In this document: positions 28,013-37,693 of the stretch, in pieces | Numbering within the stretch: the stretch's first letter is position 1 | How the letters are laid out: every line of letters begins with the position of its first letter | Assembly: GCA_000990585.1 (NCBI GenBank) | Contig: LBQD01000001.1 | Coordinates: forward strand, 141,501-205,500 | Direction: 5' to 3' | DNA: 64,000 bases | Source of the DNA: Candidatus Moranbacteria bacterium GW2011_GWE2_35_2- | GTDB lineage: Bacteria > Patescibacteriota > Minisyncoccia > Moranbacterales > UBA9337 | Translations under genes and position numbers: made by a program | The notes under the pieces: model-generated | Databases searched by the model: none | What the model was told of the DNA's origin: nothing | Seen by the model: the letters and a program-made list of their open reading frames with translations, nothing else

Positions 28013-28963
28013 TTAAAATCCTACCAACTGCACTTCCTCTTGAAGCTGAACGCCAAACCTTGTTCGAACTTTCTGTTTAATTAAACTACTCAAAATTATC
28101 ACATCTTCCGCGGTGGCATCTCCAGTGTTAATAATAAAATTTGCATGCTTTTCGCTCACCTGCGCGCCACCGATTTTTTTTCCCTTTAAACCGACCTGTT
28201 CAATTAACCATCCAGCGGGAATTTTTCTATCTGAATTTTTCACCCCTGTTTCTTTTTCGAATTCTTGGATGATTTTTTCATTTTTAACAAATGGATTTTT
28301 AAAAAAGCTTCCAGCACTCGGATATTTCGGCTGTTTTTTAATTCTTTTCCGAACAATTTCCTTTATTTTAGTATTACTCACTTCAGTGTTTCCTTGTTTC
28401 AAATTCATTATGACAGAAAGTATTATCCAACCGGTATCTTCTTTAAAAATACTGTTTCTATATGAAAATTTACAATCTTCCTTTTTTAGCTTGATAATTT
28501 TCGACTCTGTATTAAAAATTTTCACCGCTCGCACCGAAACAATATTTTGTGCTATTTCTCCGCCAAAAGCCCCTGCATTTCCTCGTACCGCCCCGCCAAC
28601 TGTTCCGGGAATTCCCATCGCCCATTCCAATCCAGTAAGGCTATTTTTAACCGATTCAATGACTAGCTTTGAAATGGCAATACTCGCCCCGCATGTTATA
28701 TTTGTATCTTGTATCTTGTATCTTGTATCTTGTAATTTAATCACCATCCCGTCAAATCCTTTGTCGCTCACTAGGATATTCGATCCTCCGCCTAAAATGA
28801 AATATTCAAGATTATTTTCTTTGGCATATTCCAAAGCCTCAATCAATTCTTCCTCGTTTTTTACCTCAACAAAAAACCTCGCCGGTCCGCCGATTTTAAA
28901 AGTAGTATACGGTGCCAAAAGCACATCTTTTTGAATTTTAATTTGCATTTTCATCTTTTTCAA
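28013..28963 (-). CDS. murB: UDP-N-acetylenolpyruvoylglucosamine reductase
   Basis: TTFKIGG.A, GGGSN, IPGTVGGA..GNAGAFG, SAGSFFKNP, HANF. Confidence 0.97.
   Translation of the reverse strand: MKKMKMQIKIQKDVLLAPYTTFKIGGPARFFVEVKNEEELIEALEYAKENNLEYFILGGGSNILVSDKGFDGMVIKLQDTRYKIQDTNITCGASIAISKLVIESVKNSLTGLEWAMGIPGTVGGAVRGNAGAFGGEIAQNIVSVRAVKIFNTESKIIKLKKEDCKFSYRNSIFKEDTGWIILSVIMNLKQGNTEVSNTKIKEIVRKRIKKQPKYPSAGSFFKNPFVKNEKIIQEFEKETGVKNSDRKIPAGWLIEQVGLKGKKIGGAQVSEKHANFIINTGDATAEDVIILSSLIKQKVRTRFGVQLQEEVQLVGF
28703..28734. repeat. TGTATCT x4 heptamer repeat, in-frame in murB (LQDTRYKIQDT)
   Basis: Perfect tandem TGTATCT x4 plus TGTA. Confidence 0.9.
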
Positions 28964-29040
28964 TTATACCACACAAAAAATCAGCCTTCCGAATCAATTT
29001 TCATATTTTCCAAGATAAATAATTAATGCAAACCGCTAAG

Positions 29041-29346
29041 CTAATTAAATATCAGTATTTTCTCACTTACAAACAAAAATAATAGGTACAAAAATGCGCA
29101 GTTTTGGAGGATTAGTATCGGGATACCGATTAAAAAATACCATTTTCGGCTTTTGTGGCGGAAGGCAAACATTCCGGCATACACCCCGACACTGCCAAAG
29201 GCTGCAGCCAGAAAAAACAACATCCCTTCTGAAATTCTTTCCGCCCCCGACTTTTTTGACTTGACCTTGTCCAAAAACATCACCAAAAAAGCCAGCAAAT
29301 TAACTGCCAAAAAAAATACTATCAAAAAAAGAAACCGATCGCTCAT
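29041..29346 (-). CDS. DUF1294 family membrane protein
   Basis: DK.K......RISE..L......GS.G...GM..FRHK. Confidence 0.88.
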   Translation of the reverse strand: MSDRFLFLIVFFLAVNLLAFLVMFLDKVKSKKSGAERISEGMLFFLAAAFGSVGVYAGMFAFRHKSRKWYFLIGIPILILQNCAFLYLLFLFVSEKILIFN

Positions 29347-30719
29347 TTATTATCTATTATTTTTCCTGCTAATTCATGCGTTACTTTCCAAACATCTCCG
29401 GCACCAATGGAGATCAGAACATCTTTACTGGAAAGTTTATCTTTGAAAAATTCAACCGCTTCGGGGATTGTGGGAATTAGCTTGGCTTTTTCCGGAAAAT
29501 ACCTATTAATTTGATCGACTAGATTTTGCGAACTTATATTACCTTTTTCTTCTCGGGCACTGCCATAAATATCCAAAACAAAAACATTATCAGCGTCATC
29601 AAAACTTTGTGCGAAATCGGGAAGCAAAGCCTCGGTGCGTGTGAAAGAATGCGGATGAAAAAGTGCGATGATATTTTTTTTGTCATATAATCCGCGTGCG
29701 GATTTGAGCATTGCCTTGATTTCTTCCGGGTGATGCGCGTAATCATCGATTAAAATCGCACCATTTTTTTTTCCGATATATTCAAATCTGCGAGCAGTGC
29801 CTTTGAAAGAGCGCAAAGCATTCGCCACTTCTTTCATATTTAAATTCAATCGATAGCAAACCGAAATAGCCGCCGCGGCATTAAGCAAATTATAATCTCC
29901 TGGTAGTCCGATTTCAAATTCTCTTATTGTTTTCTTTTTATGAATGATTGAAAAATTGCGCATTTTTTTCTCTTCATTCCATGGTTTTTTATTCATAATC
30001 CTAAAATCATTTCCTTCTAGAAATCCGTATGTTGAAATTTTGCACACCGCTGAAAGAGCGATATTTCCTGCCACTGCACTGTCTCCATAGACAACCAGGA
30101 ATCCATGGCGGGGAATCCTGGATACAAAATTGGAAAAAACTTGCCGATATTGCAATTCAGTCGGATAAAAATCCGGATGATCCCAATCAACACTAGTTAG
30201 AACTACAGCATATGGATCGTAGTATTTTAATTTATTTTGATACTCATCCGCTTCAATAATAAAATAATCCCCTTTTCCGGAAATCGAATTTCCACCCCAA
30301 TTCAAAACTCGACTGCCAACAACAGCACTCGGATCTTGTCCGATTTCATTGAGAATATGTGCAATTATTGCGGTAGTAGTTGTTTTTCCGTGAGTTCCGC
30401 AAACGGCGATTCCCAATTTTTGATTGAAAAGTTCTGCTAATGCTTCTGGATACGAAAGCATTCGTAAATCTTTTTTTCGCGCTTCAATTATTTCCGGATT
30501 ATCATCCTTGATAGAAGTGGAAAAAACCACTAAATCAATTTCGTTTGCGATATTTTTTGCTGAATATTCGTCAAAAACTTCGATTCCTTTTTTTGAAAGA
30601 CTTGTGCGATAAAAATGATCACCGTTATCAGATCCGGAAACCGCATATCCCAAATCAAAATACATTTCCGCTAATGCTGAAGTTCCCGCTCCTTCAATAC
30701 CGATAATATAAATTTTCAT
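29343..30719 (-). CDS. murC: UDP-N-acetylmuramate--L-alanine ligase
   Basis: IGIEGAGTSALA, GTHGKTTT, EADEY, DHPD, DDYAHHP. Confidence 0.95.
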   Translation of the reverse strand: MKIYIIGIEGAGTSALAEMYFDLGYAVSGSDNGDHFYRTSLSKKGIEVFDEYSAKNIANEIDLVVFSTSIKDDNPEIIEARKKDLRMLSYPEALAELFNQKLGIAVCGTHGKTTTTAIIAHILNEIGQDPSAVVGSRVLNWGGNSISGKGDYFIIEADEYQNKLKYYDPYAVVLTSVDWDHPDFYPTELQYRQVFSNFVSRIPRHGFLVVYGDSAVAGNIALSAVCKISTYGFLEGNDFRIMNKKPWNEEKKMRNFSIIHKKKTIREFEIGLPGDYNLLNAAAAISVCYRLNLNMKEVANALRSFKGTARRFEYIGKKNGAILIDDYAHHPEEIKAMLKSARGLYDKKNIIALFHPHSFTRTEALLPDFAQSFDDADNVFVLDIYGSAREEKGNISSQNLVDQINRYFPEKAKLIPTIPEAVEFFKDKLSSKDVLISIGAGDVWKVTHELAGKIIDNK

Positions 30720-30740
30720 AAATTCTATTAGTTATTAGCC

Positions 30741-31850
30741 CTATTGATTTATCATTGCTTCGATTCCTTCTACAATTTTTTCTGCAGCGTCGGGATGGTA
30801 GAATGTTCGAATATTTTCTGACATTTTTTGATACATTTCTTTATCAGCTAAAATTGATTGTATTTTTTTTATTAAAATATGCTCTCCTAAATTGGATTCT
30901 TCTAACATTATTGCTGCATCAATCTCCACTAAACGATAAGCATTCATTCTTTGGTGATCATTGGCGGCGGTGGAAAGCGGAATTAGAATTGAAGGGATGC
31001 CGTTTGCCGCAATTTCTGCAATTGAATTGGCGCCGGCTCGACTCACTGCTAAGCCAGCCAAAGAAAGACAATTGCGCATATCATCGAAATTTAAAAAGGG
31101 AACAGCTGTATATCCTTCTCGGGAATTTTTTATTCCTTCTTTTGCTGCCAAATGTAAAACGTCTTCAAAATTATTTTCTCCTGTTTGATGAATTATTTGG
31201 ACCGTTTCTAAGATATCCGGAAGTGCTTCAATAATCGCTTTGTTGATTATTTGCGAACCCTGACTCCCGCCCAAAGCCAAAAGCACCGGCTTTTCTCCTC
31301 TGATATTAAATTTCTCTCTAGCTGCATCTTTATTACCGGCATTAATTTCATTGCGGATTGGATTTCCAGTAAGCAGAACTTTTGAGGATTGAAAAAATTT
31401 CTCCGCCGACGGATATGAAATAGCTACTCGTTTGGAAAATTTTTCTAAGAACTGATTAGCAATGCCCGGAATAGCATCTGATTCGTGAATCAAAACAGGA
31501 ATACGATAGACCCATGCCGCCAAAACAACTGGTACTGAAGCATATCCGCCTTTGGCAAAAATCGCATCCGGCATTTCCCAAAGTAAAATCCAAAGCGCTT
31601 TGAAAAATCCAAATGGTGTTTTGAAAAAATCAATAAAATTTAAGAACGAAAAATATCTGCGAACCTTTCCTCCGGAAACTTTTCTCATGCGTATCCCTTC
31701 TTTATTCATCACATTTTCCTCCAACTTTCCGCTTGGTCCGATAAAAAGCAAATCAATTTCCTGTTTATATTTTTCTTTTAATTTTTCAGCAACCGCCACT
31801 AAGGGAAAAATATGTCCTCCGGTTCCGCCTCCTGTTAATACAATTTTCAT
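30741..31850 (-). CDS. murG: Lipid II GlcNAc transferase MurG
   Basis: GGGTGGHIFP, KGGY, HES, GNPIR, GGSQG, SRAGA, HQ..NA. Confidence 0.97.
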   Translation of the reverse strand: MKIVLTGGGTGGHIFPLVAVAEKLKEKYKQEIDLLFIGPSGKLEENVMNKEGIRMRKVSGGKVRRYFSFLNFIDFFKTPFGFFKALWILLWEMPDAIFAKGGYASVPVVLAAWVYRIPVLIHESDAIPGIANQFLEKFSKRVAISYPSAEKFFQSSKVLLTGNPIRNEINAGNKDAAREKFNIRGEKPVLLALGGSQGSQIINKAIIEALPDILETVQIIHQTGENNFEDVLHLAAKEGIKNSREGYTAVPFLNFDDMRNCLSLAGLAVSRAGANSIAEIAANGIPSILIPLSTAANDHQRMNAYRLVEIDAAIMLEESNLGEHILIKKIQSILADKEMYQKMSENIRTFYHPDAAEKIVEGIEAMINQ

Positions 31851-32947
31851 ATTTTGGTTTGTTTAGATATATTAAGTAAAATTCCCGCCCCTGCCATCAA
31901 AAAAATAAGCGAAGTTCCTCCATAACTTACAAACGGCAAAGGAATACCTGTAAGTGGAATTATACCAGAAATAGCCGCAATGTTAATAAACGCTTGGAAA
32001 ACAATCCAGGAGGTAATTCCCACTGCCATTAATTTTCCGAATTCATCCGGAGCATTCTTGGCAATTCGATATCCTCGAAAAGCCACCACAACAAATAGCA
32101 GAATCAAAAAGATTGCTCCGACTAATCCAAGCTCTTCTCCAATAACGGCAAAAATCGAATCGCCAATCGGCTCCGGTAAATAATTGAATTTCTGTCGGCT
32201 ATGTCCTAATCCAAGACCGAAAATTCCCCCGGATCCGATTGCCAAAAGAGCTTGATTTATTTGATAGCCAATTCCTTGAGGGTCCACTTCCGGATTCATA
32301 AACGTCAACAAACGATTCATTCGATAGGGTTCGATTTTTATTAAAATCATAAGCCCTGTTAAAGCGGCAATTATTAGTCCGAAAATATGAGAGAGTCTTG
32401 CTCCGGAAACAAAGAAAATTGACATTGCAATCATAATTATTGCACCCATAGTTCCTGTGTCTGGTTGTTTGATAACTAAAAAACTAATTATCCCTAAAAT
32501 TCCTAAAAACGGGAAAAGCCCTTCGTAGATATCCTTAATCTTTTGTTTTCCTTTGCTTTCAAACCATACAGCCAAATAAATTATCAAGGATATTTTTGCC
32601 ATTTCGGAAGGCTGAAAAGATATTGGACCTAGATTAATCCATCGATTTGCGCCATACACTTCCGAACCTATTCCTGGAACAAAAACCAATATTAAAAAAA
32701 ATAATGAACCAATTATTGCCGGAAAAGCCATTTTTTTCCAAAAATGATAATCTGTTCTTTGAAAAAAATATAAAATCAAAAGTCCGGGAATAAATCCATA
32801 CAGAAGTTGATGTTTGAAAAAATATCCCGATTCCCCAAACCGTGTTTTGGAATAAATAACACCAGCACTGGCAATCATAACCAAGCCGAAAACTGTTAGA
32901 GTCAGAATCGCAGAAAGTAATTTCTTGTCTATTTTTTTATTTTTCAT
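31847..32947 (-). CDS. ftsW: SEDS peptidoglycan polymerase FtsW
   Basis: GANRW, QPSE.AK, QPD.G, GYQ, YLPE...D, P.TGIPLPF.SYGG; start set at MKNKK. Confidence 0.95.
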   Translation of the reverse strand: MKNKKIDKKLLSAILTLTVFGLVMIASAGVIYSKTRFGESGYFFKHQLLYGFIPGLLILYFFQRTDYHFWKKMAFPAIIGSLFFLILVFVPGIGSEVYGANRWINLGPISFQPSEMAKISLIIYLAVWFESKGKQKIKDIYEGLFPFLGILGIISFLVIKQPDTGTMGAIIMIAMSIFFVSGARLSHIFGLIIAALTGLMILIKIEPYRMNRLLTFMNPEVDPQGIGYQINQALLAIGSGGIFGLGLGHSRQKFNYLPEPIGDSIFAVIGEELGLVGAIFLILLFVVVAFRGYRIAKNAPDEFGKLMAVGITSWIVFQAFINIAAISGIIPLTGIPLPFVSYGGTSLIFLMAGAGILLNISKQTKI

Positions 32948-33725
32948 TTGATTTTTCTTTTCTCCATTTTTCAATTTCAGCGTGATTTCCACTCAACAGA
33001 ACATTGGGAACTTTCCAGCTCCTTCCATCAGAAACAGATTTCCCTTCGGGAAAAAATTCTTCCGGTTTGGTATATTGTGGATATTCGTAAATCTTCTTAA
33101 AACTTTCAATTTCACAAGAAGATTTAGTATTCTGATTTTGCGTCAAAGCTGTCATACTGAAACTTTCTTCTATTAGTGATTTCGGATTACCAAGAACTCC
33201 GGGAATTAATCGCGTAATTGAATCAATAACAACCATCGCCGGAAGTTCTCCTCCAGTAAGAACATAATCTCCGATGGAAATTTCTTCATCTGCAATATGC
33301 TCCGCCACTCTTTCATCCACACCTTCATACCGTCCGCAAATCATTATGATAATTTTATATTGGGATAATCTGACCGCATCTTGTTGAGTATATCTCTTGC
33401 CCTTAGCGGAAAATAACACGGTTATTGTATCTTTTTGATTCTTAACTTCTGATCCTTTTTTCTGTTTAATTGCATTGACACAATCAAAAATTGGCTTCAC
33501 TTTCATCACCATTCCCGCACCTCCTCCATACGGAGTATCATCAACTGTTCGATGCTTGTCGGTGGTATAATTACGAAGGTTATGAGTGTTTATTTTGATC
33601 AGATTGTTATTTAATGCTCTTTTTATTATAGACGTGCCAAAATAAGCACAAGAATTTTCATCAGAGGTGGATCCTCCTTGGGCGGAAAAAATTTGCGGAA
33701 AAATTGTAATAATATCAAAAGTCAT
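32937..33725 (-). CDS. trmD: tRNA (guanine-N1)-methyltransferase
   Basis: FDIITIFP, VDD.PYGGGAGM, CGRYEGVDER, SIGDYVLTGGE, PQYT.P, SGNH; start set at MTFD. Confidence 0.96.
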   Translation of the reverse strand: MTFDIITIFPQIFSAQGGSTSDENSCAYFGTSIIKRALNNNLIKINTHNLRNYTTDKHRTVDDTPYGGGAGMVMKVKPIFDCVNAIKQKKGSEVKNQKDTITVLFSAKGKRYTQQDAVRLSQYKIIIMICGRYEGVDERVAEHIADEEISIGDYVLTGGELPAMVVIDSITRLIPGVLGNPKSLIEESFSMTALTQNQNTKSSCEIESFKKIYEYPQYTKPEEFFPEGKSVSDGRSWKVPNVLLSGNHAEIEKWRKEKSNEK

Positions 33726-33846
33726 TTTGTTAATAAAGTATGTACAAATTTTATTTATACTATATATTTCGCATAACTTCATTTTAACATTTTTAAAGAA
33801 AATAAAAAAGTGCAAACTTGCGCGCACCTCATAATTAATTCTTAGT

Positions 33847-34086
33847 TCACTTTTTTGGCACCGGATCGTATCCCCCGTCATTCCATGGGTGGCAGCGGAT
33901 TATTCTTTTTAAACCAATCCAACCGCCTTTTATAATCCCAAATCGATCTATTGCTTGATAGGTGTATTCTGAACAAGTCGGATGAAAACGACAAAAACGT
34001 TCCGAAATTAACCAACTAAAAATACCCTGATCGGGAGAAAAAACCCGTTGATATAATCTGATTAAAAACAAAAAAAATTTTTTCAT
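33847..34086 (-). CDS. yidD: Membrane protein insertion efficiency factor YidD
   Basis: CRFHPTCSEY, RIIRCHPW..GGYDPVP. Confidence 0.95.
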   Translation of the reverse strand: MKKFFLFLIRLYQRVFSPDQGIFSWLISERFCRFHPTCSEYTYQAIDRFGIIKGGWIGLKRIIRCHPWNDGGYDPVPKK

Positions 34087-34176
34087 ATACCAATCCTATT
34101 TCCCATTTCTTCTTTTGTCAATAATATACTTTGAGTGTATAATATATCTGAAAATCAAAATAATATAGAAATAAAA

Positions 34177-35085
34177 ATGCGCAACGTAAAATTCAAAAAT
34201 TTAACATGGATTGATTTTGACAACCCTACCGCAGATGACGTTGACTATTTACGGGAAAATTTTAATATTCACCCTATTCCAATTGAAGAATTTATTACTC
34301 CAACTATTCGCCCCAAAGCGACTCAATACAATAACTGTCTTTTTTTGACCGTGCACATTCCTCTTTTTGAAACCAAAAACCGCACAATCTATACCGGTGA
34401 GCTGGATATTATCCTAACGAAAGATCATCTGATTACCGGTCATAAATACGACATATTCCAATTGACATCCTTTTTTGATTCACTGAAGAAAAGCGAAGGA
34501 AAACGTCGCTTATATATGAGCCAAACCCCATCTCATCTACTTTATCAGATTTTGGAAATATTGATTGATTCTTGTTTTCCCAGATTGCAACATATTTCTG
34601 ATACGCTTGCCAAAATTGAAAAAAATGTTTTTAATGGAATGGAAAAGGATATGGTATATGAAATTTCTGTTATCAAGCGCGATACCTTGAATTTCCGCCG
34701 CGCTCTCAAACCGCAAAGATCAATTCTTGAATCGCTAGTGCAAATGAATTCTCCATGGATCGACTCGTCGATAAGACCTTATTATTCAGACTTGATTGGA
34801 ACAAATATCCGCCTCTGGAGCACACTGGAAAGCATTAAGGAAACGATTGAATCATTAGAGGACACAAATAATTCTCTTTTATCCAACAAATTGGATTTCA
34901 CGATGAAAGTCCTTACAATTTTTTCTGCTGTAATGCTTCCAATGACTGTATATTCAAATATTTTGGCAATGAGCGCTGATATTCCCTTCGGAAACAATCC
35001 TTATGGATTCTGGATCCATATCGGAATAATGGGGATGATTTCCTTGTTTACTATTATTTTGTTTAAAACTAAAAAGTGGATTTAA
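34177..35085 (+). CDS. corA: CorA family divalent cation transporter
   Basis: WID, F.IHP, MKVLTI, two C-terminal TMs ending KTKKWI; GMN signature appears as AMS. Confidence 0.85.
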   Translation: MRNVKFKNLTWIDFDNPTADDVDYLRENFNIHPIPIEEFITPTIRPKATQYNNCLFLTVHIPLFETKNRTIYTGELDIILTKDHLITGHKYDIFQLTSFFDSLKKSEGKRRLYMSQTPSHLLYQILEILIDSCFPRLQHISDTLAKIEKNVFNGMEKDMVYEISVIKRDTLNFRRALKPQRSILESLVQMNSPWIDSSIRPYYSDLIGTNIRLWSTLESIKETIESLEDTNNSLLSNKLDFTMKVLTIFSAVMLPMTVYSNILAMSADIPFGNNPYGFWIHIGIMGMISLFTIILFKTKKWI

Positions 35086-35178
35086 AATAAGAAATAGGAA
35101 TTAGGAGTTAAAAGTTAAGATTTTTTACTTATATACATATATGAAAAATATAATTCCTAATTCCTAATTCTTAATTTT
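35085..35178. repeat. Inverted heptamer arrays between corA and cysS
   Basis: AAATAGG AATTAGG... versus TAATTCC TAATTCC TAATTCT. Confidence 0.6.
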
Positions 35179-35187
35179 ATTTTTAAA

Positions 35188-36618
35188 ATGCTTTTATATA
35201 ACACACTCACTAAGCAAAAAGAAGAATTTAAATCGATAAATCCAGGAAAAATCGGAATGTATGTTTGTGGTCCAACTGTCTACGATTATATTCACATCGG
35301 AAATATCCGCGCCTATTTAAACGCGGATACCTTACGTCGATATTTGGAATATATCGGATATGAGGTGCGGCTAATTAAGAATATCACCGACGTCGGTCAT
35401 CTTACTGGAGATGATATTAATCAAGGAGATAGTGGCGAAGACAAGCTTGCCAAGAAATCACTGAAAGAAAAAAAATCCCCGAAAGAAATAGCCGAATTTT
35501 ACGAAAAATATTTCAAAGAAACAGAAAAAGAAATGAATATTTTGCCAGCTAGCTATTTTCCAAAAGCTACTGCGCATATCGAGCAGATGATTAAAATAAT
35601 CAATGGATTGATCAAAAAGGGATTTGCTTATGAAAAAAATGGAAATGTGTTTTTTGATATTGAGAAATTTTCCCAATATGGAAAGCTTTCTGGAAATACA
35701 TTGGAAAATCTCAAAATCGGAGCTCGCCTCGAAGAGCATCCGGACAAAAAAAATCCGTGGGATTTCGCCCTTTGGCTTAAAGCTCCTGAAAAACATCTAA
35801 TGCGATGGGAATCTCCTTGGTCAGTTGGATATCCAGGATGGCACATTGAGTGTAGTGCGATGAGTACGGAGTATTTAGGTGAAACTATCGATATTCATAC
35901 CGGAGGAGAAGATAATATTTTTCCTCATCACGAAGCAGAGATCGCTCAAACAGAATGCTATACTGGAAAAAAATTTGTAAATTATTGGATTCATGTCAGA
36001 CATTTGCTTGTTAATGGAGAAAAAATGTCAAAATCCAAGAAAAATTTTTACATTCTTGGTGATATAAAAGAAAAAGGATTCAACGCAATGACACTTCGCT
36101 TACTTTTATTATCTTCTCACTATCGATCGAATCTTAATTTTACATGGAAAGGAATGAATCAGGCTAAGGTAAATTTGCAAAAAATTTCAGATTTTGTTTT
36201 GAATCTTGAAATTATGGCAGCGCAAGATTTGGATATAGAAATCTCCGCTAAAATTCCGCTTGATGAATTTCAAAAACGTTTTGAAAGCGCAATGAATGAT
36301 GATCTTAATGCCCCGTTGGCGTTAAGCGTGTTATATGAACTTATTAATGAAGTAAATAAATTAACTTCTGCACAAAGATTGCCTTCAAAAAAATCTCAGG
36401 AAATTCTTTCGCTTTGGGAAAAAATGAATTCTGTTTTTGGATTTAAACTTAACGGTCAAGCAGAAATTCCTGAGGAAATTTTAGAATTAGCGAAAAAACG
36501 CCAGCATTCACGTCAAGAAAAAAAATTTCAAGAAGCAGACAATTTTCGCAAAAATATTGAAGAAAAGGGATACTTAGTGGAAGATACCGGTACAGGCTTT
36601 AATATAAAGAAAAAATAA
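35188..36618 (+). CDS. cysS: Cysteine--tRNA ligase
   Basis: CGPTVY..HIGN, PGWHIECSAM, DIHTGG, FPHHE.E, KMSKS. Confidence 0.97.
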   Translation: MLLYNTLTKQKEEFKSINPGKIGMYVCGPTVYDYIHIGNIRAYLNADTLRRYLEYIGYEVRLIKNITDVGHLTGDDINQGDSGEDKLAKKSLKEKKSPKEIAEFYEKYFKETEKEMNILPASYFPKATAHIEQMIKIINGLIKKGFAYEKNGNVFFDIEKFSQYGKLSGNTLENLKIGARLEEHPDKKNPWDFALWLKAPEKHLMRWESPWSVGYPGWHIECSAMSTEYLGETIDIHTGGEDNIFPHHEAEIAQTECYTGKKFVNYWIHVRHLLVNGEKMSKSKKNFYILGDIKEKGFNAMTLRLLLLSSHYRSNLNFTWKGMNQAKVNLQKISDFVLNLEIMAAQDLDIEISAKIPLDEFQKRFESAMNDDLNAPLALSVLYELINEVNKLTSAQRLPSKKSQEILSLWEKMNSVFGFKLNGQAEIPEEILELAKKRQHSRQEKKFQEADNFRKNIEEKGYLVEDTGTGFNIKKK

Positions 36619-36620
36619 TT

Positions 36621-37253
36621 ATGCAAATCATTACTATTTCAGGATTGGATGGATCCGGAAAATCCACTCAGATTCAAATGCTCAAAACTTATCTTGAATC
36701 GCAAGGCAAGCAGGTTTTTTATTTTCATGCCATCGAATTTGGAATTGCCACCAAATTGGCGGAATTAAAGAAAAAATATTGCTTGATTTGTAAAATAAAA
36801 GGGCTATGTCAGATTAAACCATATATCAAAAAAAGTATCACGAAAGCCAATTGGATTCAAATTCAGCTTCGCAAAATATTTTTAAAAATTGATATTTTCA
36901 GATTTGAAAAATTAAAGCGTAAATTGGAAAGCCGAAATTTTGATTATATTCTCAGTGACCGATTTTTTTATGATAGTGTGATTAACATTCAATATCTTTT
37001 GAAAAATTTTGATGCGGAAAATTTGAAAAATTATAAAATCGAGCAACCGTTTCTGGGAATTTATCTTGCAGCTGATCCGAAAATTATTATGAATCGCCAA
37101 CGCAAGCCTGACCAAGGAGTGGAATATCTCAAGGAAAAAAGATCTTTGTATGACGCGGCGGCAAAAATTTGGGATCTAAAAATAATCGATGGAAACAAGG
37201 ATAAAAATGTTATTTTTGAAGAAATTAAAAATATAACAAAAATGGAAACATAA
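36621..37253 (+). CDS. Thymidylate kinase-like P-loop kinase
   Basis: SGLDGSGKSTQ and DRFFYDS; lacks REPG. Confidence 0.75.
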   Translation: MQIITISGLDGSGKSTQIQMLKTYLESQGKQVFYFHAIEFGIATKLAELKKKYCLICKIKGLCQIKPYIKKSITKANWIQIQLRKIFLKIDIFRFEKLKRKLESRNFDYILSDRFFYDSVINIQYLLKNFDAENLKNYKIEQPFLGIYLAADPKIIMNRQRKPDQGVEYLKEKRSLYDAAAKIWDLKIIDGNKDKNVIFEEIKNITKMET

Positions 37254-37313
37254 AAAAAACAGACCGCCCCATGCATTGCAAGGAAACGGTCTGCTGTCGA
37301 TTACGGATTGCTC

Positions 37314-37607
37314 TTATTGGATATTTCTTTTAAAAACCAGAAACGACATTAAAAGAGAAACCCAAAATATTGCCACGAACGCAACCGCCCAACCCAACAT
37401 TATTACCATTTCCTTATTAAGTCCATTGAACTTGTCTAGGAAATGATACACTGGGATAATCGTATCGCAGATAAGCGGAATACTGGAAAGGGCAATTATT
37501 GGAAGAAACATCTGTTGCAGAATTTTCTCCATAAAAAAGCAAACTATCAATAAGGACATCAACAATAATAACATTTCTATGCCCTCTATTCCTAACACTT
37601 CTATCAT
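37314..37607 (-). CDS. Small membrane protein
   Basis: Hydrophobic segments; GGAGG SD before ATG 37607. Confidence 0.5.
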   Translation of the reverse strand: MIEVLGIEGIEMLLLLMSLLIVCFFMEKILQQMFLPIIALSSIPLICDTIIPVYHFLDKFNGLNKEMVIMLGWAVAFVAIFWVSLLMSFLVFKRNIQ

Positions 37608-37693
37608 CTCTCCTCCCCCTCCTAATGATTTTGATAAAAAGAACTGCCAATTTAAATAACCACAGTATTTCATATTAAGATAATATCAAAAAA

